Below, piece after piece: positions 36,388 through 45,980 of a stretch of DNA of 64,000 nt. A program made the translations under genes and the position numbers. Origin of the DNA: a virus (lineage: Duplodnaviria > Caudoviricetes); the IMG/VR virus record IMGVR_UViG_3300034161_000018, positions 64,001 through 128,000 of that record. One strand, given 5' to 3'. A model generated the notes under the pieces. It was not told where the DNA came from. It worked only from the letters and a program-made list of their open reading frames with translations, and did no database searches. Positions within the stretch are counted from its first letter, which is position 1. Each line of letters opens with the position of its first letter.

Positions 36388-38400
36388 TTACGCGACTTCG
36401 CAGGCATTGCCCGCACAGGCCGCTTGATCCGCCAGTTTCGTGTTGTCTTCTGTTTCGATAACACGCGACAAATCAATTTCGTGAAGCGTTGCAGCACGAC
36501 GGTTGAATTCTTCTTCCGTAATGTCTTCAAACGGCGCCTGAATGTAAGTGCCGCCGTTGTACGGCAGAACCGAAATGCCGTTGAAATCGTTGCGGTTATC
36601 CCACATCCAATTCCCGACCATTTCCCATTCGTCATCTTTGACGCTGATTGTGCAGGAAACGTTGTGGGTGTTTTGCCCATTAACGTGACCGGCGCGAACC
36701 CAGTTCAGGTTGAAGTCAGCAACGCGATTCAGCAAATCCATTGGCGATTCGTGGCGCAGAATCGAACCTTCTGGAGCGCGTTGTGGAACTTCGATTACCG
36801 CCTGATTGACCGGGTTGAAATATTCGTCAACCACCAGTTCCGGATGATTCTCGGCAAGGTAGCGATAAATGGTTTCGTTTTTGCCAACACGAATTCGACG
36901 AATGTAGAAATCGTTGTGCCACGCGTGAATGCCCGAACCAGAACCGAGAACCAGCGAGGAAGTGCCAGCCGGTTTGATTGTGGTTGTACGCGCTGCAAAG
37001 TTGACGCCGATGATTTGAGCAACGCGGCGGTTTTCTTTCAGCACTTCGTTTGCAGCTTCGCGTTTGTTGAACGGAAGAACTGCGCCCGAACCGATACCAG
37101 TCAGGCCGGTGCCGATCAGTGCATCTTTTTCGGTATTCTCACGCCAGATTGGGCGCAGGTAATGGAAATCGGTGTAACCGGCTTGCAACGTGCCGATGAA
37201 TGCAGCCGCCCGCGAACGAGCGTTGTATTCTTCTTGCGTGAAAATGTCGTTGCCGTTGATTTCGGTCAGGTTGCAGAACTGGTTTGGACGCAACGCGATT
37301 TCGCAACATGGGTTCGTGCCCCAATCTTTGTCGTTGCTGAAATACACGCCGGGTTCGCCTGAACCGGAATTGACAATCTTTTCCCACAACGAATCCCAGT
37401 GATCGCGTTTTACAACGTGACGCAGAATCACGGCGCTGTTGTTGGCGCGACCGCGTTGTGGTTCAAACATATACCACGGCAGTTTGCCAGTTTGCTGTTG
37501 TTCGTCGATTGCCGATTGGTGCAATTGCATTTCGTGCTTGGAGTTTTTCCATTTGGTCAGCACGGTGCATTGGAACATATCGTTGCCCATCGGTGTTGCT
37601 TCTTCGATGGTGCAACTGAAATTGCCTTTTGCTTTCAGCATCGACTTGTCGTCCATCGAGAACAAACAAATCAGGGCAGCACGACGAATACCACCAGCCA
37701 GAACGGCGTCGGCGATATGGCACATCATGTCGTGAACTTCCAACGGTTCCAAACGAGTGCCGCGACCACGCGCTTCGATTGCTTTATCGAAAATGCGCGT
37801 CAGATTGAAAATACAAGTTTTCAGCGGGCCAGCGCCGGGAGCTTTACCGCCAGAAGTAACCAGCGGCGCACCTTTCGGGCGAATGTCGGAAAAGTCGAAA
37901 GTCGGCATATGCTTGCCGTAGAAATACGCTTCGACCAAAACTTTAACCGCGTCGGCCCAACCTTCGATGTTGTCACCAACGAGGTGACGTTGCGACATTG
38001 AAAGCGCGCCTTGAATTGCAGGCAGTTGCGAAACGTGGTGGCGTTGAACCGAATAACCCATGCCGGTGCCGCCGAGCAAAAGGAACATCGTTTCGGAGAA
38101 AACAGCCGGGTGATCGCACGGCGCAAACGCGCAGTTGAAAATCCGGTTTGGAGCCAGTTCGATTGGGCGACCGCCGAACTGCATGGAACGCATGGAAGGC
38201 AGAACTTTTTTGGTGAAGACGTATTGCTTGTAAACGTCTTGAATTTCTTTGCGCAGTTGTGGGTATTTGCGAATGTGCATCGCCATGTTACGTTCGCAGA
38301 TTTCTTCCCACGTTTCGCGCCGTCCGATTTCCGGAATGAACTTCGCGTATTTCATGTACGTGGTCAGTGCAGAAAGAATCTGTACGGAGTTATCAGTCAT
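36388..38400 (-). CDS. nrdJ: class II (adenosylcobalamin-dependent) ribonucleotide reductase, monomeric type
   Basis: LPSMRSMQFGG, GGTGMGYS, GGIRRAALI, QRGRANNS, GTNPCCEI..RPNQFCNL, TTTIKPAGTSS, C-terminal CAGNAC; start taken at MTDNS (38400). Confidence 0.93.
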   Translation of the reverse strand: MTDNSVQILSALTTYMKYAKFIPEIGRRETWEEICERNMAMHIRKYPQLRKEIQDVYKQYVFTKKVLPSMRSMQFGGRPIELAPNRIFNCAFAPCDHPAVFSETMFLLLGGTGMGYSVQRHHVSQLPAIQGALSMSQRHLVGDNIEGWADAVKVLVEAYFYGKHMPTFDFSDIRPKGAPLVTSGGKAPGAGPLKTCIFNLTRIFDKAIEARGRGTRLEPLEVHDMMCHIADAVLAGGIRRAALICLFSMDDKSMLKAKGNFSCTIEEATPMGNDMFQCTVLTKWKNSKHEMQLHQSAIDEQQQTGKLPWYMFEPQRGRANNSAVILRHVVKRDHWDSLWEKIVNSGSGEPGVYFSNDKDWGTNPCCEIALRPNQFCNLTEINGNDIFTQEEYNARSRAAAFIGTLQAGYTDFHYLRPIWRENTEKDALIGTGLTGIGSGAVLPFNKREAANEVLKENRRVAQIIGVNFAARTTTIKPAGTSSLVLGSGSGIHAWHNDFYIRRIRVGKNETIYRYLAENHPELVVDEYFNPVNQAVIEVPQRAPEGSILRHESPMDLLNRVADFNLNWVRAGHVNGQNTHNVSCTISVKDDEWEMVGNWMWDNRNDFNGISVLPYNGGTYIQAPFEDITEEEFNRRAATLHEIDLSRVIETEDNTKLADQAACAGNACEVA

Positions 38401-38466
38401 TTGTTGGTTACTGCCTTGTGTATGCGGGCGACTTAAAAGCATCGGGACAGACCCGCATTGATTTGG

Positions 38467-39054
38467 TTAAAGGGTTGGATGTTTCGGTGTTTGTGCTTCT
38501 GCAAATCGAACGTCTTTCGCCGGAATCAAAACTGGTGCTCCGGTAAACCATTCCGAGTTTTCGCCGCAACGCCCACAATGCCACGTTCCGAAAGGCTGGC
38601 CTTCGTACTGGGGATCGAGGGACGGAATGTGCCACGTTGATTCGCTTTTATTCAGCATCGAACTGCCAACTTCGGAATTCCAAGTATGGCAATGCGGACA
38701 CATGATTTCGCATGCGTGCCGTCCGGGTGCGCCCATCATTCCGCAGGCACCTTGATAACCGGGTGGGCCACGGAACTTGTTGGCGAAGTTTTGTTTCTTG
38801 CGGCGCCACCATTCTTTCAGGCGAACGCGCCACGGTTGTTTCGGGCAAAACATATCGAGGAATGCGCGGTCAGAAAGCATTGACCATTCTTCGATTTCCC
38901 AAGAGTCCCAATCGGATTCAATCGCTTTCCGATGAATCGCCATCAGGTTCGCTGCGAGTTCCTGCCGCGATTTCTTCCGTTCCGCTTTCTTCGCTTTCCG
39001 CTCGCCGTGTTTCGAGAGCCATTCCACCAGTGTCGTCACTTTCTGTTTCTCCAC
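38467..39054 (-). CDS. hypothetical protein with short collagen-like stretch and CxxC pairs
   Basis: GPPGYQGACGMMGAPG; CPHC and CGRC; start uncertain (overlaps the upstream gene). Confidence 0.6.
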   Translation of the reverse strand: MEKQKVTTLVEWLSKHGERKAKKAERKKSRQELAANLMAIHRKAIESDWDSWEIEEWSMLSDRAFLDMFCPKQPWRVRLKEWWRRKKQNFANKFRGPPGYQGACGMMGAPGRHACEIMCPHCHTWNSEVGSSMLNKSESTWHIPSLDPQYEGQPFGTWHCGRCGENSEWFTGAPVLIPAKDVRFAEAQTPKHPTL

Positions 39055-39799
39055 GTTCTTTTAAAATCGAATTGAGGAAGTCTTCGCCGCTTTCTTCGCG
39101 TCGGGCCGCTTCTTCGGCAGCCATTTCGGCACGCATGGCATCGAGGTCACGTTTCTTTTTCCGTTCTGCACGGACGTGATTGATGTAATCCATGAACAGC
39201 ATGCGGGCCAGCGGAATCTTGCCGTCGCAATACGCGTTTGCGGCTGGAACAAACTTGAGCGACAGAATATGCCGAATCTGTTTGTTCAACCATTCGTATT
39301 CGACTTCGACAACTTCGTACAATTCTTCGGGAACGTGGCGAGACTCACCGCGCAGAATGCGAACATGAATGTACGCATAAACCAAACCGGCGTGGTTGTT
39401 GTCTTCCAGATCGTGAAGGGAATGGTGAAAAACGTCGAGCAGTTCTGCTTTTGTCTTTGCAGAAAACCGCATGATCTTATCCGGGTGGGTAAGCTGTGCG
39501 ATTTTCTTCGCGTACATTTTGCAGGTTGCAATCGTGGCAGCGTCAACGGTTTCTTGAGCGCGTTTCAGGTTGAGCAAATCTTCCGGCATGAGTTTGACCA
39601 GCGCTTTACTGCCGCTGCGCATTACCGGATCAACTTGTTTCTGATTCTCCGCGAGAATTTCTTCCTCGGTCATTCCCTCTTTCGGGTTCCAACCAGTGAG
39701 GCGGCAGAGAATTGCAAAGCAACGCTCCACCATATCGCGCATCTTTTTCAAATCGGCGCGTGCTGTTGTGACGCGGGCGATTACGTTGTCTTCTGCCAT
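38918..39799 (-). CDS. J-domain (DnaJ-like) co-chaperone-type protein
   Basis: KMYAKKIAQLTHPDK...LDVFHH: HPD motif in helix II-loop-helix III context. Confidence 0.7.
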   Translation of the reverse strand: MAEDNVIARVTTARADLKKMRDMVERCFAILCRLTGWNPKEGMTEEEILAENQKQVDPVMRSGSKALVKLMPEDLLNLKRAQETVDAATIATCKMYAKKIAQLTHPDKIMRFSAKTKAELLDVFHHSLHDLEDNNHAGLVYAYIHVRILRGESRHVPEELYEVVEVEYEWLNKQIRHILSLKFVPAANAYCDGKIPLARMLFMDYINHVRAERKKKRDLDAMRAEMAAEEAARREESGEDFLNSILKERGETESDDTGGMALETRRAESEESGTEEIAAGTRSEPDGDSSESD

Positions 39800-39803
39800 T
39801 TAC

Positions 39804-40349
39804 TTAATGTCCTATGATTGCAAAACCTGTTGGGATGAAACGTTCATCCTCTGGCAAGTGAGAGTCGGTGAAATGTTCCACGCCCTTGACCGTGCAGAAC
39901 CAGCCGGAAGAATTTGGAAACACGGTTTCAAACTGCACAGTTGAAAACACTTTGGTGAATTTGAAACGGCGCACGACCTGATCGAGTTTATCGACCGGCA
40001 CCAAATGCGGCGCTTCCATGTTTACCAAAGTATCCAATGGCGAATCGAAACCATACACGTCGGTGATTTCCATCGACACCGCTTCGGAGAAGAAAGTGTC
40101 TTCCGCTCCGACTGGAACCATGTTGTTATTGAATTTGGATTGTACGTCTTCGACTTCGATTTCCAGCGCTTGCAAAACGGTGCGCAGGTTTTCAAAACGA
40201 GTTGGTGCCTCGGCCAAGCTAATCAACGGGAGTTCCCGTTCAAACACTGGGCGCGGGCCGACCGAGCCTTGCACAAGCCATTTCCGCAGCTTCAAAATAA
40301 AGATGCGAAAACACATGGTATCCAGAACCAGATTTTCACGTTTCATCAT
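39804..40349 (-). CDS. hypothetical protein
   Basis: ORF in a tightly coupled array. Confidence 0.6.
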   Translation of the reverse strand: MMKRENLVLDTMCFRIFILKLRKWLVQGSVGPRPVFERELPLISLAEAPTRFENLRTVLQALEIEVEDVQSKFNNNMVPVGAEDTFFSEAVSMEITDVYGFDSPLDTLVNMEAPHLVPVDKLDQVVRRFKFTKVFSTVQFETVFPNSSGWFCTVKGVEHFTDSHLPEDERFIPTGFAIIGH

Positions 40350-40744
40350 TTAATTCCTTTGACGATTGCGTAAGTGCGAACAGCGGCATACATGAGTTTG
40401 CGTTTGAACGGCGGCACCGAGAGAACTTCCATAGCCTCAAGGAAAATCGCGTCACACTCGGCGCGAGTTACGGAAACTTTGTTCCCGTTTTCGTCCAAAT
40501 AGAAACGATAGGTGCAAAGAAAATCATGGATAACCGCTGCTTTGCCGTATTTGCCCCACGGTGGCAGGACGCCCCACAAAATGCGCGGGATGCTTGCGAA
40601 GTCAGTACGGAAACCAGCCGGGCACGAAACCCGTTTTCCAGAACCTTTGGCGCCGAGTTCGTAATCGAATTCTTCTAGCAATTCCCAAAGGTTGTCTTCG
40701 TCGTCCACGGGCGTGACGCGAAGCGGTGTTGTGAAACTCGACAT
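40346..40744 (-). CDS. DUF1353-family protein
   Basis: PAGFRTDFASIPR...YGKAAVIHDFL...R..CDAIFLEAM...AVR matches the DUF1353 consensus as recalled. Confidence 0.8.
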   Translation of the reverse strand: MSSFTTPLRVTPVDDEDNLWELLEEFDYELGAKGSGKRVSCPAGFRTDFASIPRILWGVLPPWGKYGKAAVIHDFLCTYRFYLDENGNKVSVTRAECDAIFLEAMEVLSVPPFKRKLMYAAVRTYAIVKGIK

Positions 40745-41409
40745 TAAATATCCAATAGGTCTACCTTCGCTGGGCCGTTCTTATCATTTAACAGAAACGC
40801 ATATCGAACTGGCATACGGAGTTTGTCCGCAAAGAACGAAACAGGGTCGCAACCATTGACCACAACAATTCGGGGTATGCTGTGATAAATCTCTAGCAGG
40901 TCGCGCACCTTTTCAATTTTGACGTTGGTTGAATCAGGGCCAACGTTTGTGATTACCAGCATTGCGTAATTCGGGCGGTCGCCTTTGTCGTCGCGCAACT
41001 GATCGTAAAACCCGCCGTGAACAACGTGCCATTTCGGCATTGTCTTTCCACGGTGCGAGCCTTCTGCCATTTGTGAGATTGCCGCGTCCATAATCGAAAG
41101 CGCCAAAAACTTTGCCCGCGTGTCAGAAGGCATCGAGCCAATCGCAATGATCGGCGAGCCGTGTAAAGGGTTGCTCAGGAGGCGAGTCAGATTCTGCGCT
41201 TGACGTTTGACACTGGTGCCGGGCAATTTAAAATCTTGCGGCAACCATTGCGGAACCATTGGGGAAATGGATTCCAGCGCGTGTTCAAGGTCAAACGGTT
41301 TTTTCAAAAGCGAGAATGGGTGCCCATCGACTCCACGCGCCTTGAGTGTCTTCACACGTTCGGACGGAATCTTGAAGTTGAGTTTTGGGATTTCCCAAGA
41401 TGCAGTCAT
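40744..41409 (-). CDS. hypothetical; possible degenerate AAA+ helicase-loader-like protein
   Basis: MLVITNVG in a Walker-B-like slot with no intact Walker A; coupled to the helicase gene. Confidence 0.4.
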   Translation of the reverse strand: MTASWEIPKLNFKIPSERVKTLKARGVDGHPFSLLKKPFDLEHALESISPMVPQWLPQDFKLPGTSVKRQAQNLTRLLSNPLHGSPIIAIGSMPSDTRAKFLALSIMDAAISQMAEGSHRGKTMPKWHVVHGGFYDQLRDDKGDRPNYAMLVITNVGPDSTNVKIEKVRDLLEIYHSIPRIVVVNGCDPVSFFADKLRMPVRYAFLLNDKNGPAKVDLLDI

Positions 41410-43043
41410 TTTCGTTTTTTCCTTAGTGACCCAAACAAACCGCCCGGTGCAGCCGGAACTGTTCTAACGGTTGGGCCTTCTAAAATAGGGTCTTCTTCTG
41501 GCGAACCCTTCGATTTCACATTTGCTAATGCGATTGCGGCGCGCTTGAGTGCTTCCGTTGTCGGAATGTGTTTGTACTCAATCGTTTGTTTCCACGTATT
41601 GCCGAAACACGACAGTGACGCTGGAACGCCTTCGTCAACAAAAAAGCGAATGATTGGTTCACGCTTTGAGGGATCGGGTGTCAGAATCCGCGACGATTCC
41701 TGTTTCCAGTTCGGCGGATTGTTCATTGGCATGACGTAATACAAACACGACCACGGCGCAATGTTGATACCACGTTGAAGCAAACTGCGAATACCGACAA
41801 CCACGCGGATTTTTCTGTTGGAAGCCTGTTCCTTAACCCAGTCGCGATAGTCTTTGTTTTTCTTGCTGCCGCCACCTTCAAACGGGGCCGCAACTTCATA
41901 ACCGATTGCATGGTTGATTTGCTTGACCAGCATGTGAATGTGTTCTTTGAAGTGAACCGGGATCACAATGCTGTGCCCTTTCTCCAAATCTTTTTCAACC
42001 CATTCGACAATCATCTGGTTTCGCTTTTCGTGTTCCGCCAGAAACTTTCCGAGGTACACGAAACCGGCCTTGCCACTAAACTTGCGTTTCGATTTGATTC
42101 CGGTAAGTTGCACCATCATCTTGGCCGTGAGCTGCAATGCCTGAATGTCAGACTGCACCGGCCCAACCGAATGGAAAGCCAGAACTTCTTTTTTGTCTTT
42201 GCGTTTGATCGTGCCAGTACAGCCGATCTTTACAAACATGCGCAGTGAGTTAATCAACCGCGTGAATTCTGGAGCGCACGAGGAATGCACTTCGTCCACA
42301 AACAATGCGCCGAAGGTCTTGTTGCAAGCCTTCTTCATTTTCGCGCCGAGCGAATCGTTAATCAGCGATTGGTAAGTGATGATGCCAATCTGAATGTGCT
42401 TGAGGTCTTCCGGCGTCTTAACGAAACCGTACAGCTTTTTCTTCGGATTCTTTTTCTGCAACTCAGGCAGGTTGGTAAACTTTTCAATGTCACCAATGAA
42501 CTGCTTGAGGAAGTCATACTGGTCAGCGGTAATCAGCATTTTGTAGCCGAGCATGATGCCGATTTTAATCAGCGTCAGCGACTTACCGGAACGCGGCGGC
42601 AGAACGAAAATGCCGTGTTTCTTTTTGACCATCTTGGTGAAGGTCGCGACCTGAATGTCTTTCCACTCAATGCCGTGCTTCTTCAACTTTTTTTCGTCCA
42701 CGACAATATCGTAGTCGAATTTGTTTTTGTTGCGCTTGTCGATAAAGTCGAAGTCGTCGAAATCAATCTTCAACTTCTTCTCAATGTTGGCGCGGTCGCC
42801 CAACGGAATGCCGAAGTATTCCGTGTCGTTAAAGATGCGCCGGTTCGCCAGCTTGAACGTTCCGTTGAAAGCGTCACAGCCTTGGCACGCATCATTCGGG
42901 CGATCTTCGCGGTGGTCGCAATTCCGGCACACCTGATCTACAAAAAATGATTTGATATAGTGTTTGCGAACACGATCTTCATCAATGTGAACTGCCGGAA
43001 TGTACAGCTTGTCAGTGGCGATTATCGTGGTATCGCTGTGCAT
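41406..43043 (-). CDS. uvsW: SF2 DNA helicase, UvsW-like
   Basis: LPPRSGKS (I), FVDEVH (II), GCTGT (III), RGINI (V), WKQESSRILT (VI); N-terminal CxxC...CxxC. Confidence 0.8.
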   Translation of the reverse strand: MHSDTTIIATDKLYIPAVHIDEDRVRKHYIKSFFVDQVCRNCDHREDRPNDACQGCDAFNGTFKLANRRIFNDTEYFGIPLGDRANIEKKLKIDFDDFDFIDKRNKNKFDYDIVVDEKKLKKHGIEWKDIQVATFTKMVKKKHGIFVLPPRSGKSLTLIKIGIMLGYKMLITADQYDFLKQFIGDIEKFTNLPELQKKNPKKKLYGFVKTPEDLKHIQIGIITYQSLINDSLGAKMKKACNKTFGALFVDEVHSSCAPEFTRLINSLRMFVKIGCTGTIKRKDKKEVLAFHSVGPVQSDIQALQLTAKMMVQLTGIKSKRKFSGKAGFVYLGKFLAEHEKRNQMIVEWVEKDLEKGHSIVIPVHFKEHIHMLVKQINHAIGYEVAAPFEGGGSKKNKDYRDWVKEQASNRKIRVVVGIRSLLQRGINIAPWSCLYYVMPMNNPPNWKQESSRILTPDPSKREPIIRFFVDEGVPASLSCFGNTWKQTIEYKHIPTTEALKRAAIALANVKSKGSPEEDPILEGPTVRTVPAAPGGLFGSLRKKRK

Positions 43044-43046
43044 AGG

Positions 43047-43520
43047 TCACTCTGGTTTTGGGAATGGCCGAGGTTCTGGAATCGAATAGCCGCACCACGT
43101 AATTTCTGGCTCTGGCATTCTAGCCAGTTCGGAACTACGGATAAGAAGGCGAGTCCCTGATGTTTGTTTACAGTTTTCGTCCACAAACTTCATCCAGCTT
43201 TTGGCTAGTGTATGGGCGATTTCCGGCGTGGAATGCGGGCCGACGAATTCCCAAACGTCTTGGCACATAAGCGGAAAGGCTGGTTCCCATTGTTCGCGGG
43301 TTTCTTCCCGAATAGGAAACAGGCGCACGATCAGGCCATGTTGAAGCGCATGATAGATTGTCCAATAATTCTCTTTGTCCGTTTCGGCAGTAATGCCTTT
43401 TACGTTTTCGTAAAAGTAGTCCATCGACGGAATCAGCAACAGGGTGCCGTAATGTTCTTCCGCAACTTCGCACTTTGCGATCACGCCGTATTGCGGAATC
43501 GGCGGCGTGTAATCAGGCAT
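43047..43520 (-). CDS. hypothetical protein
   Basis: Co-directional ORF, 157 aa. Confidence 0.6.
   Translation of the reverse strand: MPDYTPPIPQYGVIAKCEVAEEHYGTLLLIPSMDYFYENVKGITAETDKENYWTIYHALQHGLIVRLFPIREETREQWEPAFPLMCQDVWEFVGPHSTPEIAHTLAKSWMKFVDENCKQTSGTRLLIRSSELARMPEPEITWCGYSIPEPRPFPKPE
43166..43176 (-). promoter_or_regulatory. candidate phage promoter motif AAACTGTAAAC (copy 2)
   Basis: Exact 11-mer inside the upstream gene, 122 nt before the helicase start. Confidence 0.4.
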
Positions 43521-43863
43521 TGAAGTCCACCCCGATTTCTTCGGCGTAGCTCACGATTTCCGCGCTGATATTCGCGTCCATGTTGATAAGCTTCTGCACG
43601 CGAATTTCTTCGTCAAGCCAAAGAACTTGTTTACGAATTTCTTTCAACAGTTGGAACACGCGAAGCTTGCTGGCCGTTGGTTCGAGGATTTGCAAAACCG
43701 GTTCGCCGGGATCACGAATACCATCGCGATAGTCGAGAAGACGCAGGCGGCGCAGTTCGGTTTCTTTGTCGAACTGAATCTGGTAGGCGCGGCGCGCAAT
43801 TTCGTGCGCCTGTTCTTCGGTCATTGTGATTTGGCGAGTCTTTTCGTCGATTGGAAAGTTCAT
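43513..43863 (-). CDS. hypothetical protein
   Basis: Overlapping start/stop coupling. Confidence 0.6.
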   Translation of the reverse strand: MNFPIDEKTRQITMTEEQAHEIARRAYQIQFDKETELRRLRLLDYRDGIRDPGEPVLQILEPTASKLRVFQLLKEIRKQVLWLDEEIRVQKLINMDANISAEIVSYAEEIGVDFNA

Positions 43864-44153
43864 TGAATGCCCACTCCGTTGCGATTTGCGATTTTGCGAA
43901 TGTTGGCCGAAGCGACTTCTTTAGCCACTTCAACATTTTTGAGTTGGAAGATTTTCTCCCGGTACTCCGCAATCTGAGTTTCACGTTCGCGAATGTGTTT
44001 CTCGACTCCAATCAGACTGGTATGTCTCATTTTCCCAAACATACCATGCCGGTCGCCAGATAACTCACCATACTCGCAGATAACTTCCGAAAGTAAATGG
44101 TCGAACCTGTCAGCGATTTCAATGGCTTGCGCAAGCGTAAGGACGTGACTCAC
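43860..44153 (-). CDS. hypothetical protein
   Basis: 4-nt overlaps at both ends. Confidence 0.6.
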   Translation of the reverse strand: MSHVLTLAQAIEIADRFDHLLSEVICEYGELSGDRHGMFGKMRHTSLIGVEKHIRERETQIAEYREKIFQLKNVEVAKEVASANIRKIANRNGVGIQ

Positions 44154-44683
44154 AGGATTCGCTCCGGACGGGAAAGCATTTGCAACGTGTTTACCAGATT
44201 GGTAAAACCATAACCGGCTTTGTCCACGTCTTCCATGATTACTTTGGCGTGCTGCCGCAGTTGCTCGACGTTGTTTAGGTATTCGTAAAACGGACGCAGA
44301 ACAGATTCCACAACCATTTTCCGTTCGCCTACGGTGCCGACTGCTTTCAGCAATTCGGCGTATTCCGTCACCAGATAATCCCGCAGGTTATCCAGCGTCT
44401 GAGTCATTGAACCGGAAATCTCAATACAGATCGAAACGATTTCAGCGCAACGCGAACGGGCCTGTTGGTCTTGCAGCAACGCGTCAACCACGTCGTTTAC
44501 AAAACCTTTCGATTTGCGTTTGAGGGAACGCACAGAACGGGTCTTATGCAGACGCGCCATTTCTTTGTGCAGTCCCTCGAAGTTGATTACGTTGTTCGGG
44601 TTGTTCTTCTGCGCCACTTTGAAGCGTTTGTACTTTTCGTCATCGCGGATACGGCGACGAATCATTTTGATTTTTTGACTCAT
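44150..44683 (-). CDS. hypothetical helical protein
   Basis: GGGAGG RBS; 177 aa. Confidence 0.65.
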   Translation of the reverse strand: MSQKIKMIRRRIRDDEKYKRFKVAQKNNPNNVINFEGLHKEMARLHKTRSVRSLKRKSKGFVNDVVDALLQDQQARSRCAEIVSICIEISGSMTQTLDNLRDYLVTEYAELLKAVGTVGERKMVVESVLRPFYEYLNNVEQLRQHAKVIMEDVDKAGYGFTNLVNTLQMLSRPERIL

Positions 44684-44725
44684 TGAACCCTCCCGGCCTG
44701 TCTTGGTAAATTCTCGTTATCAGAT

Positions 44726-45262
44726 TTACGCGGGCACGTAATCGAGTTCGATTTCTGCCAAGCCTTGCCATGTGCCGTTTGCGAGGTAGTCAGTTGGGAA
44801 GCTGGAGCGCATTGCGAGAATGCGAATATGTTGATTGAATTCCACAACACCCGGAATCACCAGCGGGCCAAGGCTCGGAAGGCTCGGCATCATTGGCGAA
44901 TAGATGCGGTCGGAAATGATCGGTGCAGCCTTGTGGAATTCGTTGAAGTTCAAACGCAGTTTCATGGTGCGTTTGTCAAACTTCTCGCCGGGCGATACTG
45001 TCATGAAACTGAATTGCACTTGCGACAGATTGCCAACGTCTTTGTATTGCGGGTAATCCAGCGGGTCAATGTCCGGCGACACGTCGATTGCCACCGAAGT
45101 GATTGCGATAACGCGCTCGAAATGAACATTGCAAGAATCGAAAGCAATGTGCGAACCGCCGCTACCTTTCGCAAGGCTGTACATGATTTCTTTGAGTTTT
45201 TCCAACTCGACCAGCGCTTCGGAGTCGGGGAGGATTTTGGAAAACGTTGCGATGCCGGTCAT
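44726..45262 (-). CDS. hypothetical protein
   Basis: Start reassigned to MTG at 45262 (ATGA overlap with the upstream stop). Confidence 0.6.
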   Translation of the reverse strand: MTGIATFSKILPDSEALVELEKLKEIMYSLAKGSGGSHIAFDSCNVHFERVIAITSVAIDVSPDIDPLDYPQYKDVGNLSQVQFSFMTVSPGEKFDKRTMKLRLNFNEFHKAAPIISDRIYSPMMPSLPSLGPLVIPGVVEFNQHIRILAMRSSFPTDYLANGTWQGLAEIELDYVPA

Positions 45263-45549
45263 TGTTGTGCCTGTGCTAATGAGATTCGTACTTTGTTTTG
45301 GTATGCAATGCGTCCGCGAAACCGCTGCCACCAACCGCACGGAAGTTCTTCGATCCACATACGGACGCTAAAGATTTGCTGTACGTGAGGTTCGTCGAGA
45401 TAGCCCGGAACGTACAATTGCACGCCGTCGGTAATCAAAAGATTGTGACGCAGTTCCTCCTGCATACGGCGGAGAATGCAATACACGTTTAAGGCTTCGT
45501 CCGCATTCACGTCGAAACAAACGTCTTTTAAAACGCCGGTGCCTTTCAT
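45259..45549 (-). CDS. hypothetical protein (96 aa)
   Basis: Start reassigned to MKG at 45549 (GGAG RBS, ATGA overlap). Confidence 0.6.
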   Translation of the reverse strand: MKGTGVLKDVCFDVNADEALNVYCILRRMQEELRHNLLITDGVQLYVPGYLDEPHVQQIFSVRMWIEELPCGWWQRFRGRIAYQNKVRISLAQAQQ

Positions 45550-45980
45550 GCTGGCTCCATGATTAGGTAATCCGAGGGCGAGTGGTTCATCATTGCCAGA
45601 AGGCACCCACTGCTGGATTTGAAAAGTTGCAGTTTCTGTTTGCCGCTGCTGATTGGCACCAGTTGAAAATCGTGGTGCTCTTTCACGTTGCAACGAACGA
45701 TCAGTTTGTGTTGGGACAGTTGCATCTTTTCCGCATCATTGATTACGAAAAGGTGGCCGTACACAGTGCCGCGAGTGTTGATGAAGTTGTAGAGTTTGCA
45801 AAACCGATTCAGGGCCAACGGATTCCGGTAGTCGATCAGAAGTTCTGAATCGACCACGGGCCGAAAGAAAACCACGACATGCTGACCGTCGTGGGATTCT
45901 CCGTATAGCTCGAATTCGTCAACGCGGGCGCGGATCGTGATTGGATCGGCCAGCGAGAAAATCGGACTAATCTTCTTCAT
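45546..45980 (-). CDS. hypothetical protein
   Basis: Probable start MKK at 45980. Confidence 0.55.
   Translation of the reverse strand: MKKISPIFSLADPITIRARVDEFELYGESHDGQHVVVFFRPVVDSELLIDYRNPLALNRFCKLYNFINTRGTVYGHLFVINDAEKMQLSQHKLIVRCNVKEHHDFQLVPISSGKQKLQLFKSSSGCLLAMMNHSPSDYLIMEPA

Noticed and set aside
37477-37620. Intein in nrdJ
   Set aside because: Only 48 aa, with no N-terminal C/S start at the junction and no terminal His-Asn followed by C/S/T.
38401-38466. Cobalamin riboswitch upstream of nrdJ
   Set aside because: The intergenic space is about 65 nt, and I saw no B12-box (GCCACTG) or GGGAA core.
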